Below are positions 18,922 to 27,347 of a stretch of DNA of 41,857 nt, one piece after another; position 1 is the first letter of the stretch; the number at the start of each line of letters is the position of its first letter. The notes below the pieces were generated by a model, which saw only the letters and a list, made by a program, of their open reading frames with translations, searched no databases and was not told where the DNA came from. The translations under genes were made by a program, and so were the position numbers. The stretch lies in IMG/VR virus record IMGVR_UViG_3300050330_000101, positions 1 through 41,857 of that record; one strand, written 5' to 3'. This DNA comes from a virus. Lineage: Duplodnaviria > Caudoviricetes.

Positions 18922-19199
18922 CAGATGGCCGCCTTCAATTCAACCATACGGGCATTCATCCGCTTTCCGAAGTCGAAGGCCGCGCCGGCCAGCAATTGCA
19001 ATTGCGACCGATGCGGCTCCGGCAGCGTCTCGGCGATACGCCAAATCTCGCGCTGCGTTTCACATATCGTCAGTCGATGCGATTGATGCTCGGGGTTGAT
19101 GTGGTACTTCCGCGCGGCGCGCGTCGCTTCAAGCGCGCCAAGCAGCGTCATCCCAGCCGGGACCGGCCCAAGGTTGGTGATTCCTTCTTCGCCAGCCAT
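18921..19199 (-). CDS. Hypothetical protein
   Basis: 92 aa ORF with 1-nt stop/start overlaps on both sides. Confidence 0.7.
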   Translation of the reverse strand: MAGEEGITNLGPVPAGMTLLGALEATRAARKYHINPEHQSHRLTICETQREIWRIAETLPEPHRSQLQLLAGAAFDFGKRMNARMVELKAAI

Positions 19200-19501
19200 C
19201 AGCCCGCCAACGCCTTATCGATCTCGGCTTGCAGCCGCTTCGCGCCCCAACGGCGATCGACGGCGATATTCAGCGCCTCGGCGTCTGCGCGAAGCTTGCC
19301 GATATCTTCAGCGCCGTCTTGCTGGACCATCTGCTTGATGCTCGCCGGCGGCTGATCGAGCTTCACAGGATCGCGCACAGCCTTCGCCTTTTTGATCGCC
19401 AGAAGCACTCGAGCGTCTGCCGACCGTGCATCGAATATGTCGCCAGGAACAAGCTGGCGCGTTGCATAGGTGAACGGTCGCGTCGCAATCAATTTCTGCA
19501 T
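19199..19501 (-). CDS. Hypothetical capsid-adjacent protein with C-terminal HeH/Rho-N-like motif
   Basis: LRADAEALNIAVDRRWGAKRLQAEI C-terminus; GAGG RBS. Confidence 0.7.
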   Translation of the reverse strand: MQKLIATRPFTYATRQLVPGDIFDARSADARVLLAIKKAKAVRDPVKLDQPPASIKQMVQQDGAEDIGKLRADAEALNIAVDRRWGAKRLQAEIDKALAG

Positions 19502-19523
19502 GACACCCTCAATTCAAGACAGA

Positions 19524-19549
19524 GGCCGGGCAGCCGTAGCCGCCCAGCC
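19524..19549 (-). terminator. Stem-loop after the major capsid gene (weak terminator or mRNA stabiliser)
   Basis: GGCTGGGCGGC-TACG-GCTGCCCGGCC on the minus strand (UNCG tetraloop), followed by TCTGTCTT. Confidence 0.6.
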
Positions 19550-19565
19550 GGAATTTGCGCCAGCC

Positions 19566-20945
19566 TCAGGAGGCCGGAACCGCGCCGCCCCACGCCACGC
19601 CGGTCAGATAGGCGACGGCCGAGGTCCGGCGGCGCTTCCAGTTGATGGTGCGCTCCGCACGGAAGCCGACCATGTTGCGCTGCCAGAGCGAGACAAGCAC
19701 CGTGCTTGCGGCAGTCGGCTCATCGGGTACACTGTCCATCTGAAGCGACGCCTGATCGCTCATGTCGACGGTGAAGCCGCCCTCGTCGCCCAGATAGATG
19801 TCCGAGGCGTTGACAATGGCGACCACGCTGCCGATGTGGTCGGATACAATCACCGGGAGACCGAAGAAGCGGCCGCCAGTCATCGTGATGCCGGGGAACG
19901 CGGCTTGGCCGAGCGCATTCACCATGAGCGACAGCGCCAGAGCATTCGTCGACGACATCAGCACCACGCCGGAGGTCGGCGGGTTGTCGGCGTCGATGAA
20001 CTTCTGGAACAGCGCGCGCATGTCGAGACGCACCTTGTCTTCGTCCGTTCCGGTCGACGCGATGGCCGAACCCCCGTTGAGGATCGAGGCCGGCTTGACG
20101 TCGGTCGTGCCCGCGTTGCTCGGATCGACGAAGTCGATGTCGAGGCGCGAACGCAGGGCCTCGACCAACTGATCGCGAACGATCACATCGGCCGAAGGGC
20201 TGGAATCTCGGATCGCTTCCATCGTCAGAACGGCGATGTTGGCGACCTTGAGCGGGTCCAGCGTGGTCCGGCTGAAGTCGAACTTGGTCAACGGCTTGGC
20301 GTTGCCTTCGCCGACCCAGTAGCCGTCGCCACCGGAGGTCTGGCCGACAAGCGCGACACGGAACGGCACGCGGCGAAGCGCCGGGATGCCATTGGCGCCG
20401 AACTTGCCGATGATGGTCTGCGGCCGCAGGAACTCGATGAAGTCGGCATAGACCGAACTTTCATCGCCGACCAGGTTGCCAACCCATGTCGTGTTCGACG
20501 TGCTGCCGGCCGCCACCGCCTGCTTCAGCACATGCACGACGGGCTCGTCGTTGGTGTAGCGCTGAATCGCAAGCTGCTCGGCTTGCGGAAGGTTACCCTT
20601 CGCCAGACCGATGCACTTGATGACGCGCGCCATCTGAATGCCCGGCTCAAGTTTCGGAGCGACCTTTACCTGCGCCGGGACGGTGCGGGATTCGGTCCCC
20701 TCCTCCGAGGTCGCGGCCTTAATCGGGCGCGCCGCAGCGCCGGCAGCCTTCTCCATCGTCCGCAGACGCTTGAGGTGGCCATCGATCGCTTCGACGTCCT
20801 TCTCGAAGCCGTCGTATTCTTCCTGCTGACCGGCGTCGAGCGTGGTGCCCTCTTCTGCCGCTTTCTCCATGATCGCTTCCATGCTGGAGACGATCGACGC
20901 GCGCTTGGCCTCGTAGGCCGTGATCTGTTCTGCGAATTTGCTCAT
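19566..20945 (-). CDS. Major capsid protein, HK97 fold
   Basis: N-terminal coiled-coil delta domain; YWVGEG, FFGLPVIVS, LWQRNMVGFRAER. Confidence 0.95.
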   Translation of the reverse strand: MSKFAEQITAYEAKRASIVSSMEAIMEKAAEEGTTLDAGQQEEYDGFEKDVEAIDGHLKRLRTMEKAAGAAARPIKAATSEEGTESRTVPAQVKVAPKLEPGIQMARVIKCIGLAKGNLPQAEQLAIQRYTNDEPVVHVLKQAVAAGSTSNTTWVGNLVGDESSVYADFIEFLRPQTIIGKFGANGIPALRRVPFRVALVGQTSGGDGYWVGEGNAKPLTKFDFSRTTLDPLKVANIAVLTMEAIRDSSPSADVIVRDQLVEALRSRLDIDFVDPSNAGTTDVKPASILNGGSAIASTGTDEDKVRLDMRALFQKFIDADNPPTSGVVLMSSTNALALSLMVNALGQAAFPGITMTGGRFFGLPVIVSDHIGSVVAIVNASDIYLGDEGGFTVDMSDQASLQMDSVPDEPTAASTVLVSLWQRNMVGFRAERTINWKRRRTSAVAYLTGVAWGGAVPAS

Positions 20946-21565
20946 GATTGTCCCTTTCGGATCGAGCGAATGACGAATGGTTTCGCCCCGACGCGGGCGG
21001 GATCAGCCAGCTTCACCACGCGAACATTCTTGCCTGACGCGGCTACGGTCGCAGGGTTTGCTGGAATTTCGGGTTCAGAAACGCCGGCAGCAGTACGGAG
21101 GCCCTTGTCGATGGATTTGACGGCGGAGATAACGGCTTCTGCGTTGGCGGGGATCGCTACGCTTGAAAGCTCGAATATCTCCACTTCCTGGAATTCGATG
21201 CCGCCATCCTCTTTGAAGGCATACTTCAGCGGTCGGAAGCCGATGGACACGGCGCGCACCAAGCCGTGCACGATTTCACCCCAAGCAGTGTCGACACGAT
21301 CTTTCAGCGGCCCCGGATCGGCAACAACCGGAATCTCGGCTTCGAACTCGATGCCTTTGGCCGTCGGCTTCTTGAATGTAACGCTACCGATCGGCGCATC
21401 GTGATTGTGCTGATGAAGTAATACGAGTGGGTTCGTGAACTTCGCGCCCATCGGATCGATCGTGTCCTGCACGCGATCCAAGGCCGGCGTTGTCGCCCAG
21501 CCAGAAAACACTCGGCGTTTCTCATCGAGGCTTTTCATCTCGATGACGGAATAGGCTCGGTTCAT
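20942..21565 (-). CDS. HK97-family prohead protease
   Basis: FSGWATT..LDRVQD, LLHQHNH..PIG, VSIGF, ELSSVAIPAN. Confidence 0.93.
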   Translation of the reverse strand: MNRAYSVIEMKSLDEKRRVFSGWATTPALDRVQDTIDPMGAKFTNPLVLLHQHNHDAPIGSVTFKKPTAKGIEFEAEIPVVADPGPLKDRVDTAWGEIVHGLVRAVSIGFRPLKYAFKEDGGIEFQEVEIFELSSVAIPANAEAVISAVKSIDKGLRTAAGVSEPEIPANPATVAASGKNVRVVKLADPARVGAKPFVIRSIRKGQS

Positions 21566-21576
21566 ATTGGAAATCC

Positions 21577-24501
21577 TCAGACGAACAACATCTGGAATTG
21601 TGGCTTCTTCGCCTCGAAATCCGCCAAAGCAGCGCCAACGGCCATCGCGTTCGTCACGTTGCCGTCAATACGGCCTCGAGATCGCTTCTTATCGAAGCAA
21701 CGATTCCCCTGCCCGTCGGTATCGACCATCGTATTCGCGGCGCACATGTAGGTGACCGGGTTACTTTCGATGGTGATGGCGCCGCTGAGGATCTTGTCCT
21801 CGTAGCGCTCGATCGAGGTCGGCATCGTCAACTGGCGCTCTTCGAACATGCGCCGCTTGCCTTGCGCGTGCGGAACGAGCTTCAAGCCCCTTCCTTCCGG
21901 CTTGTCTTTTCCTTCATACCGCCAGACCGGGAAGCCGATTTCCTCACACGCCGCGATGAAATCGGCGATGCCGGCGACGTCGAAGGCGAGAAACTGGACA
22001 TTAAATTCCGCGACCAACTTCATCGCGCGCATTGCGATAAAAGTCTTATCGATCACTGAGCCTGGGACCGCCTCGATGTGCCCTTCCTCGACCCAGCGCT
22101 CATATGGCGCGTTGTCGCTTCGCGCGCGGTCAGCCAACCCGTCTTTCGTGGTCCAGTACCAGGTCTTTGCCCAGAGATGCCCGAACTCGTCTATCCAGAC
22201 CGCCGTCAGAGCGGTCAAGTCGTTCTTCCTCGACAGGTCGAGGGCCAGCCAACACAGGCATTTCTTCAGCGCCGGGAGATTGATCGGCTCGTCCGATTGG
22301 ACCGCAGACCAAGCCTCCTCCGCAATCCAGAAGCTCACCGAGCCCGTCGGAATACCGAAATACAATCGCTTGACCGACATCGCGTCGGCCATCGACGTCC
22401 GCGCCGTATTGACCGCGCCTCGGATGTTCTCGATCGGAAACGTCACCCCGAGCGCCGGCAGAGACTTAACCCAAGCCTTTTCATTGTCGAAGATCGTTTC
22501 GCGATCGGCCTCATCCACGCGCGCGATGAATGCAAAGGATTCATCGTCGTCGTACTCACCTTTTGCGATCTTCTGGTATCGTTCCGAAAGTTCGGTGCCG
22601 ACGATCTGTGTCGATGCCGGCGTATTCGTCCCCATCAAGAACAGCGCGTCGCCAGCCTGCTTGTCGATAGCTCGTCGCCATACATCAATCGGTTCACGAT
22701 ACTTGAATTCATGAATCTCATCCGCCGCAACCAGCGCGGGCCGCGGACCCGAGTTCGCGTCCGTATTGGCAAGAGCTTGGAAGAACGATCCCGATTCCGG
22801 ATGCTCAATCTTCCATGCGTTGCCGAGAACGCCGCGAATAATCACCTCGCCGCGGGATTCTAGCGTATCGCCCTCGTCCTGATCCGGGATTTGTGACCGA
22901 CACATCGACACCGCGTCAGTGAAAAGGATGTTTGCGGTGCGCTTCTCCCAACCGATCGCATAAACCTCGGCGCGCGGGATGCCATGCCACCCCATCATGT
23001 AGAGGCCAATCGCGCCCATGAAGGGGCTGTTGTGCGTCGGAATCATATGCCTGCCACAGAGGAACATCTGTGACGGCGAATCTACCGAAATACAACGAAC
23101 GGGAACGGATGGGATTTTCTCACACGCTACAATCTTCCGATCGCCAGAAAGGCGACGACGATCATGCGAATGGGCAACGCGATCCTGTTTGCGCGCCAAC
23201 CGAAATACCTGCGTTCCCGACGCATAGAAGTTGACATGGTAACTGGCACCGACGTGCCGTCCGTTGATTGTTGCCCGTTTCGTTACCAACGTTGCCTTCA
23301 GGCCAAGCGAAAGGACGAGCTCATGAACGTTATTCGCCAACACCTCGCTCGTGTTGCAGAACGAGCATTGGCCCCCGTTTACGGTCCCGTCTGTGTCCAT
23401 CAGCCCTTGCAGGAGCGCGAGTCTTTGCGCCCCCGATGCCCGCAGGTAAGGTGCAGGAATGTGCTTGTTCCGCAGAAGCCCAAGGGCGTTCAATCGAAAA
23501 TGCAATCCAGCCCGACTGGCTGCTTCAATTCCTATCCTATAGCGCCCAACTCGGTCGCCCTGCCCCTTCCGATCGCCAAGAAGGGTGCCAACGGAGCGAA
23601 GTGCTGCGATAGACTCCGACGCGTCGGCATCGGAAATCGTCACACGCGGACAATCACTATCCCCATCGCCAAGCCAGAAACCAAGCAAATAGGGCGATAT
23701 CGGCAAGTCAGCTTCTGGTAAGTCGAGCGCGCCAGCAAGAGAAACACTGTGATTTGCCGACAGGTATTGACCGTTCCGATAGCGAAGCGTTGCGGCAATC
23801 TCTGCCGTAGTGCGAATTCCTTTTCGCCACCTACCGCGCTGGCCAAGCGGAATACCGCGCGTTGCATCTCCATGTCCGCTGTTGCCGGACTTGCGCATTT
23901 CCGTCTGCCACAGGTGGCCAGCATCGGCGACGACAGTCGATCCATCATCAAAAGCGATGCGGAAGCACTCCCGGTCAGACAGAATTTCGTGAGCCTTCAA
24001 AACCCGGCACGGCCTACCATTCTCGTCCAACACGGCATCACCATCCTGGATTTCACCCATCGTGGTCCAGCCGGTCGGTGTCGGTATAGGTGTATCCAGC
24101 GCCAATGCCTTCGCCTGCCCCTTTCCAGTCTCGAGCCAGGCACTACGAAACCGTAGCCGGCCACTTTCGAGCTTCCAGCCGAACAACGAGCCGGCCGAGA
24201 ACATATGCCACGGCAGAGGATCGAATGGGTGGCCAGCCTTCGCTCCAGCGGTGACCGTGAACATCGCCGGCATAAAGCGCAGGATACGACCAGCCGCAGT
24301 CGCGTCCCATACAAGTCCGCGCCGCGGGCCGTCAACCAAATCCCTCAAGTGCCGCTCGGCGGCGTGACAAACCAGTTCGCCGACGACAAACTTGCCATCA
24401 ACTGCCCGTTTTGCCCACCGCGTTACCGGATCTGTTGGCAATCGGCTTGAGGAACTCGTCCGCCCCCGTTGTGCGCCTTGCTTTCCGCTGGACCTTGCCA
24501 C
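21577..24501 (-). CDS. terL: Terminase large subunit with intein
   Basis: Walker A GKGQAK/S split by the intein; Walker B ADEIHE; nuclease LDLSRKNDLTA; exact start uncertain. Confidence 0.95.
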   Translation of the reverse strand: MARSSGKQGAQRGRTSSSSRLPTDPVTRWAKRAVDGKFVVGELVCHAAERHLRDLVDGPRRGLVWDATAAGRILRFMPAMFTVTAGAKAGHPFDPLPWHMFSAGSLFGWKLESGRLRFRSAWLETGKGQAKALALDTPIPTPTGWTTMGEIQDGDAVLDENGRPCRVLKAHEILSDRECFRIAFDDGSTVVADAGHLWQTEMRKSGNSGHGDATRGIPLGQRGRWRKGIRTTAEIAATLRYRNGQYLSANHSVSLAGALDLPEADLPISPYLLGFWLGDGDSDCPRVTISDADASESIAALRSVGTLLGDRKGQGDRVGRYRIGIEAASRAGLHFRLNALGLLRNKHIPAPYLRASGAQRLALLQGLMDTDGTVNGGQCSFCNTSEVLANNVHELVLSLGLKATLVTKRATINGRHVGASYHVNFYASGTQVFRLARKQDRVAHSHDRRRLSGDRKIVACEKIPSVPVRCISVDSPSQMFLCGRHMIPTHNSPFMGAIGLYMMGWHGIPRAEVYAIGWEKRTANILFTDAVSMCRSQIPDQDEGDTLESRGEVIIRGVLGNAWKIEHPESGSFFQALANTDANSGPRPALVAADEIHEFKYREPIDVWRRAIDKQAGDALFLMGTNTPASTQIVGTELSERYQKIAKGEYDDDESFAFIARVDEADRETIFDNEKAWVKSLPALGVTFPIENIRGAVNTARTSMADAMSVKRLYFGIPTGSVSFWIAEEAWSAVQSDEPINLPALKKCLCWLALDLSRKNDLTALTAVWIDEFGHLWAKTWYWTTKDGLADRARSDNAPYERWVEEGHIEAVPGSVIDKTFIAMRAMKLVAEFNVQFLAFDVAGIADFIAACEEIGFPVWRYEGKDKPEGRGLKLVPHAQGKRRMFEERQLTMPTSIERYEDKILSGAITIESNPVTYMCAANTMVDTDGQGNRCFDKKRSRGRIDGNVTNAMAVGAALADFEAKKPQFQMLFV
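23029..24108 (-). mobile_element. 360-aa intein with LAGLIDADG homing endonuclease (class 3 signature)
   Basis: Starts ALALDTPIPTPTGW, ends IPTHN/S; HLW, VRCISV and THN (W-C-T); motifs YLLGFWLGDG and LLQGLMDTDG. Confidence 0.93.
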
Positions 24502-24859
24502 CGCTATTGCGCCGACGCGGGCTCAAAGCCAACTCGGCCTCCAGTGTTGCAGCCGCCTCGCTGGCCTGCTTGAAAACTGTCCACGCTGGGTCGATCTGAC
24601 GAACCCGCGTTTTCTTCGCGGCGCGGATAGCCCCACGCTCGCCCATCTCCCGCAACTGTCGATCGGCCTCCAAACGAAGCCCGATCAACCTCTTGATGAC
24701 GTCGCCGTTATCCACGCATAGCGTCTGCGCGTCCCTCATCTCACCGATGATCGACCGCCACTGCGCCCGCACAAAACTAAGGTCCAACTCGTCGGAGTAA
24801 TAGACCGACCAATCTGGCTCTGTCGGCTGACCTGGAAACAATTCTATGGCCGTCGTCAT
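24398..24859 (-). CDS. terS: Terminase small subunit (P27-like)
   Basis: W..I..EM...L...DP...ELALSP.RR motif; directly upstream of terL. Confidence 0.85.
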   Translation of the reverse strand: MTTAIELFPGQPTEPDWSVYYSDELDLSFVRAQWRSIIGEMRDAQTLCVDNGDVIKRLIGLRLEADRQLREMGERGAIRAAKKTRVRQIDPAWTVFKQASEAAATLEAELALSPRRRNSGGKVQRKARRTTGADEFLKPIANRSGNAVGKTGS

Positions 24860-24975
24860 TGGCTTTCTTGTTTCTTGCTACCCCTCAAAACTGAAAGGGG
24901 TCTTCCTTTTTTGGTCCCATTGCGTATGGAGGGTGGGTGCCGGTCCAGCGAGAGAGCCGACCTTGAAATTTTATT

Positions 24976-24993
24976 ACCCCCCGGGGGGGTGGG
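24976..24993. other. Candidate cos site
   Basis: ACCCCCCGGGGGGGT quasi-palindrome immediately after the HNH stop and before terS, the usual cos location in HNH-assisted cos phages. Confidence 0.45.
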
Positions 24994-25338
24994 CTACCGG
25001 CCGGCATTCCAGGGATGGTCCGCGGCGATCGGTCGGCCGTCGCGATCGCAGCCCACCTCAAAGCCTCGCGCCTCGACAATCTGTTCGATCTGGTCGTGAC
25101 AGGGAGCACACGACGACGACAGATTGGTCGGATCGAAGAACAATGCCTGGTCACCCTTATGTGCACGACGGTGATGCACGACAGTAGCCGGCGTCACCCT
25201 ACCATCACGGTCGCACCGCTCGCATAAAGGCTGCTTGAGCAATTGCGCCGACCGTAACAATTGCCAGCGCGCCGTCTTATACAAGAGCCGATAGGCCTTG
25301 GCCTTTGCGCTTCGCTGGTCAGGTCGCCTACGCGACAT
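24994..25338 (-). CDS. Packaging-associated HNH endonuclease (HK97 gp74-like)
   Basis: LY...RW..LR..QL...PLCERC...VVHH...H.GD..LF.D..NL.S.C..CH. Confidence 0.9.
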   Translation of the reverse strand: MSRRRPDQRSAKAKAYRLLYKTARWQLLRSAQLLKQPLCERCDRDGRVTPATVVHHRRAHKGDQALFFDPTNLSSSCAPCHDQIEQIVEARGFEVGCDRDGRPIAADHPWNAGR

Positions 25339-25882
25339 GTTTCCAATTCTCGCGCCTCTTGATGCGATGGATCTGCTTGATATCCACCCCATAATCCAGT
25401 GCGATCAACCGCAGAGACCGAGCATCCTTTCTGATGGTTAGGATGTCATTGTCGGTTAGCTTTGCCGCTGGGCTGCGCTCACCTCTACAGTGACGATCCT
25501 TGGCAATCATATCGTCGGTATTATCGGCCGGCATTCCAGACCGCAGATGATCCGGATTGCAGCAATACGGATTGTCGCAACGGTGCAGAACATGCTCGCC
25601 GGCGAGTAATTCACCATGAGCGACTTCATACGCCAGCCGATGCACATACACCGAAACGCCACATCTGCCGCCGAAGCCAACTACGCCATACCCATGCGGG
25701 GTAGCAGCACCAAGCCACAAAAGGCACCCACTATTCGGCTCGGGCTGCGTGCGTTCCAGCACCTTTGACCACAGCCGAACCTTATCCTCAAACGACAACT
25801 TCATCACTGCGGGTGTCTTTTCCTTCCGACGCTTGGCGTCGTATTCCCGATTGTGTTGTCGAAGATCCAGAGGCTTAGGCAC
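25328..25882 (-). CDS. Free-standing HNH homing endonuclease-like protein
   Basis: GCLLWLG...HRLAYE..HG....VLHRCDNPYCCNPDHL...N..DM; C-terminal HTH-like segment; GTG start inferred from an AGGTGA RBS. Confidence 0.85.
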   Translation of the reverse strand: MPKPLDLRQHNREYDAKRRKEKTPAVMKLSFEDKVRLWSKVLERTQPEPNSGCLLWLGAATPHGYGVVGFGGRCGVSVYVHRLAYEVAHGELLAGEHVLHRCDNPYCCNPDHLRSGMPADNTDDMIAKDRHCRGERSPAAKLTDNDILTIRKDARSLRLIALDYGVDIKQIHRIKRRENWKHVA

Positions 25883-26063
25883 AATCACCTGTCTGTCCGC
25901 ATAACTCGCAGGATGCGGTGTCAGCTGGGTCTGCGTGGTCCATCCGCAGATCGTCGACGGTGAATGGCTCGGCGAGATTGCGAGCAACGCGACGGCGCTT
26001 GATGCGCGCCTTCCCACCATCGCGCTCGACGCAGATCACCGGGAAGATGATGACGTCACCCAT
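25875..26063 (-). CDS. Small hypothetical protein
   Basis: MGDVIIFP start, C-terminal CxxC; overlaps the HNH start. Confidence 0.5.
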   Translation of the reverse strand: MGDVIIFPVICVERDGGKARIKRRRVARNLAEPFTVDDLRMDHADPADTASCELCGQTGDCA

Positions 26064-26129
26064 TCACAGCCCCGCACCCAAATACGAAGAGAGGCCGCTC
26101 GGATCTATCCGAGCGACCCCCCAAAAAAT

Positions 26130-26182
26130 ATACGAACTTTCTTCGTATCTCCCTTGACCCATACGAACTAAGTTCGTATAAA
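26130..26182 (+). promoter_or_regulatory. Sigma70-type promoter with two ATACGAA-N5-TTCGTAT operators
   Basis: TTGACC(26154)-N17-TATAAA(26177); palindromes at 26130-26148 and 26161-26179. Confidence 0.75.
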
Positions 26183-26226
26183 AAACGGGTCAGGTAACTC
26201 CGCCTGACGAACCACGGAGATGGATG

Positions 26227-26295
26227 ATGAAGGTAACCTTCAAAATCCAAATCCGGTTCTGGAAGTGGACACTAGCACTGTCCGTTTCCCGGTAA
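26227..26295 (+). CDS. Unannotated 22-aa peptide MKVTFKIQIRFWKWTLALSVSR
   Basis: GGAG 7 nt upstream of the ATG; first ORF after the promoter; followed by a strong hairpin. Confidence 0.6.
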   Translation: MKVTFKIQIRFWKWTLALSVSR

Positions 26296-26337
26296 CCGGG
26301 GGCCGGAGGGGCCGCAATCCCCTCCGGTTCTCAGGTT
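26294..26337 (+). other. GC-rich RNA stem-loop between the peptide and HTH genes
   Basis: GGCCGGAGGGG-ccgcaat-CCCCTCCGGTT core, extendable by AACC/GGTT; no U-tract. Confidence 0.7.
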
Positions 26338-26364
26338 AATATAACAGAAAGGAACCAAAATTCA

Positions 26365-26619
26365 ATGATGACCCCGGAGCAGCTTATCGAGCGCCGTAAA
26401 CGGTTTAAGTACACCCAAACCGAAATGGCGAAGGCTTTAGGGCTGACTCTGCGCGGCTACCAGAAATTAGAGGCCCAAGATGAACCCATCCGACCCGCTT
26501 ATGAGATGGCCATTTCCTTCCTAGCCATCAAGCGCGCAGTTGAGCTGGAAGATGCGACGTTGGCGCCGAAGTTTGTGCGACGACTAGCCAAGGATTTGAC
26601 CGAGATCGACTTCGGCTAA
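26365..26619 (+). CDS. XRE-family HTH DNA-binding protein
   Basis: MTPEQL..RRKRFKYTQTEMAKALGLTLRGYQKLE; AAAGGA RBS. Confidence 0.85.
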   Translation: MMTPEQLIERRKRFKYTQTEMAKALGLTLRGYQKLEAQDEPIRPAYEMAISFLAIKRAVELEDATLAPKFVRRLAKDLTEIDFG

Positions 26620-26827
26620 TTTTTGGCAATACCATTACATCCGGGACATGCGCTGAGCGCTACGTCACGGGGTTACCGCGCTACGCGGCTTCGACTGGTC
26701 CACACTTGCGGTCCATTTAGTGACCCGGCCTATGTTGGCAGGAATCCCAGCCGAACTTGGGAATCAGCATTATGTGATTTGGTTGTACCTTGCAACACGA
26801 TGTTGCGGATATACACAGGAGAGTACA

Positions 26828-27328
26828 TTGGAATCTTTCACCACATTGGCTGGGCCGATCGCTACGATAGTCGCCTCGCTCACAGCGGGCGGAATTGCCA
26901 TTTGGCTCGGGACATCCCAAGTGTCGGTTGCTAGGCTGCAGGCTAGCACCGCGAATGATCGGCTTGTGCTCGATCTTTTCGAGAGACGATTCGAAATCTA
27001 TTCTCAGGCCAGAGAAATCGTCAGATCAGCCGTTCGCAAAGGCACCAGCACAACAGAAGAGCAGTTCTCGTTTCTGAGGGTGACCGATGGAGCCTCGTTC
27101 CTCTTTGGGAAAGAAGTTACGGACTACCTGACTGATATTTACACTGCCCTTGTAGAACTGCAATATTGTGAAGACGAGCTTAAGCGGGTGCTAGATCGCG
27201 ATAAAGCCAAGTCGTTCAAGCGGCGCCAGATTAAATTCGACAAGATCAAGGATTTTTATACCGAAGCACCAAAGCTATTCGCGCCCTACCTTCATGCTCA
27301 CCAAAAATTCGGCGACACTTCCTTTTAA
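26828..27328 (+). CDS. Hypothetical N-terminal TM, helical protein (moron)
   Basis: AGGAG RBS before TTG 26828; TM segment IATIVASLTAGGIAIWLG; LDLFERRFEIY; visibly more AT-rich. Confidence 0.65.
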   Translation: MESFTTLAGPIATIVASLTAGGIAIWLGTSQVSVARLQASTANDRLVLDLFERRFEIYSQAREIVRSAVRKGTSTTEEQFSFLRVTDGASFLFGKEVTDYLTDIYTALVELQYCEDELKRVLDRDKAKSFKRRQIKFDKIKDFYTEAPKLFAPYLHAHQKFGDTSF

Positions 27329-27347
27329 GCTACCCCAAGCAGCTCCG

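Noticed and set aside
19470-21404. 644-aa plus-strand ORF
   Set aside because: Shadow of the capsid and protease genes
26220-26339. Alternative 39-aa ORF MDDEGNLQ... over the peptide locus
   Set aside because: The GGAG abuts this ATG with no spacing and the ORF runs through the hairpin; ATG 26227 fits the RBS better
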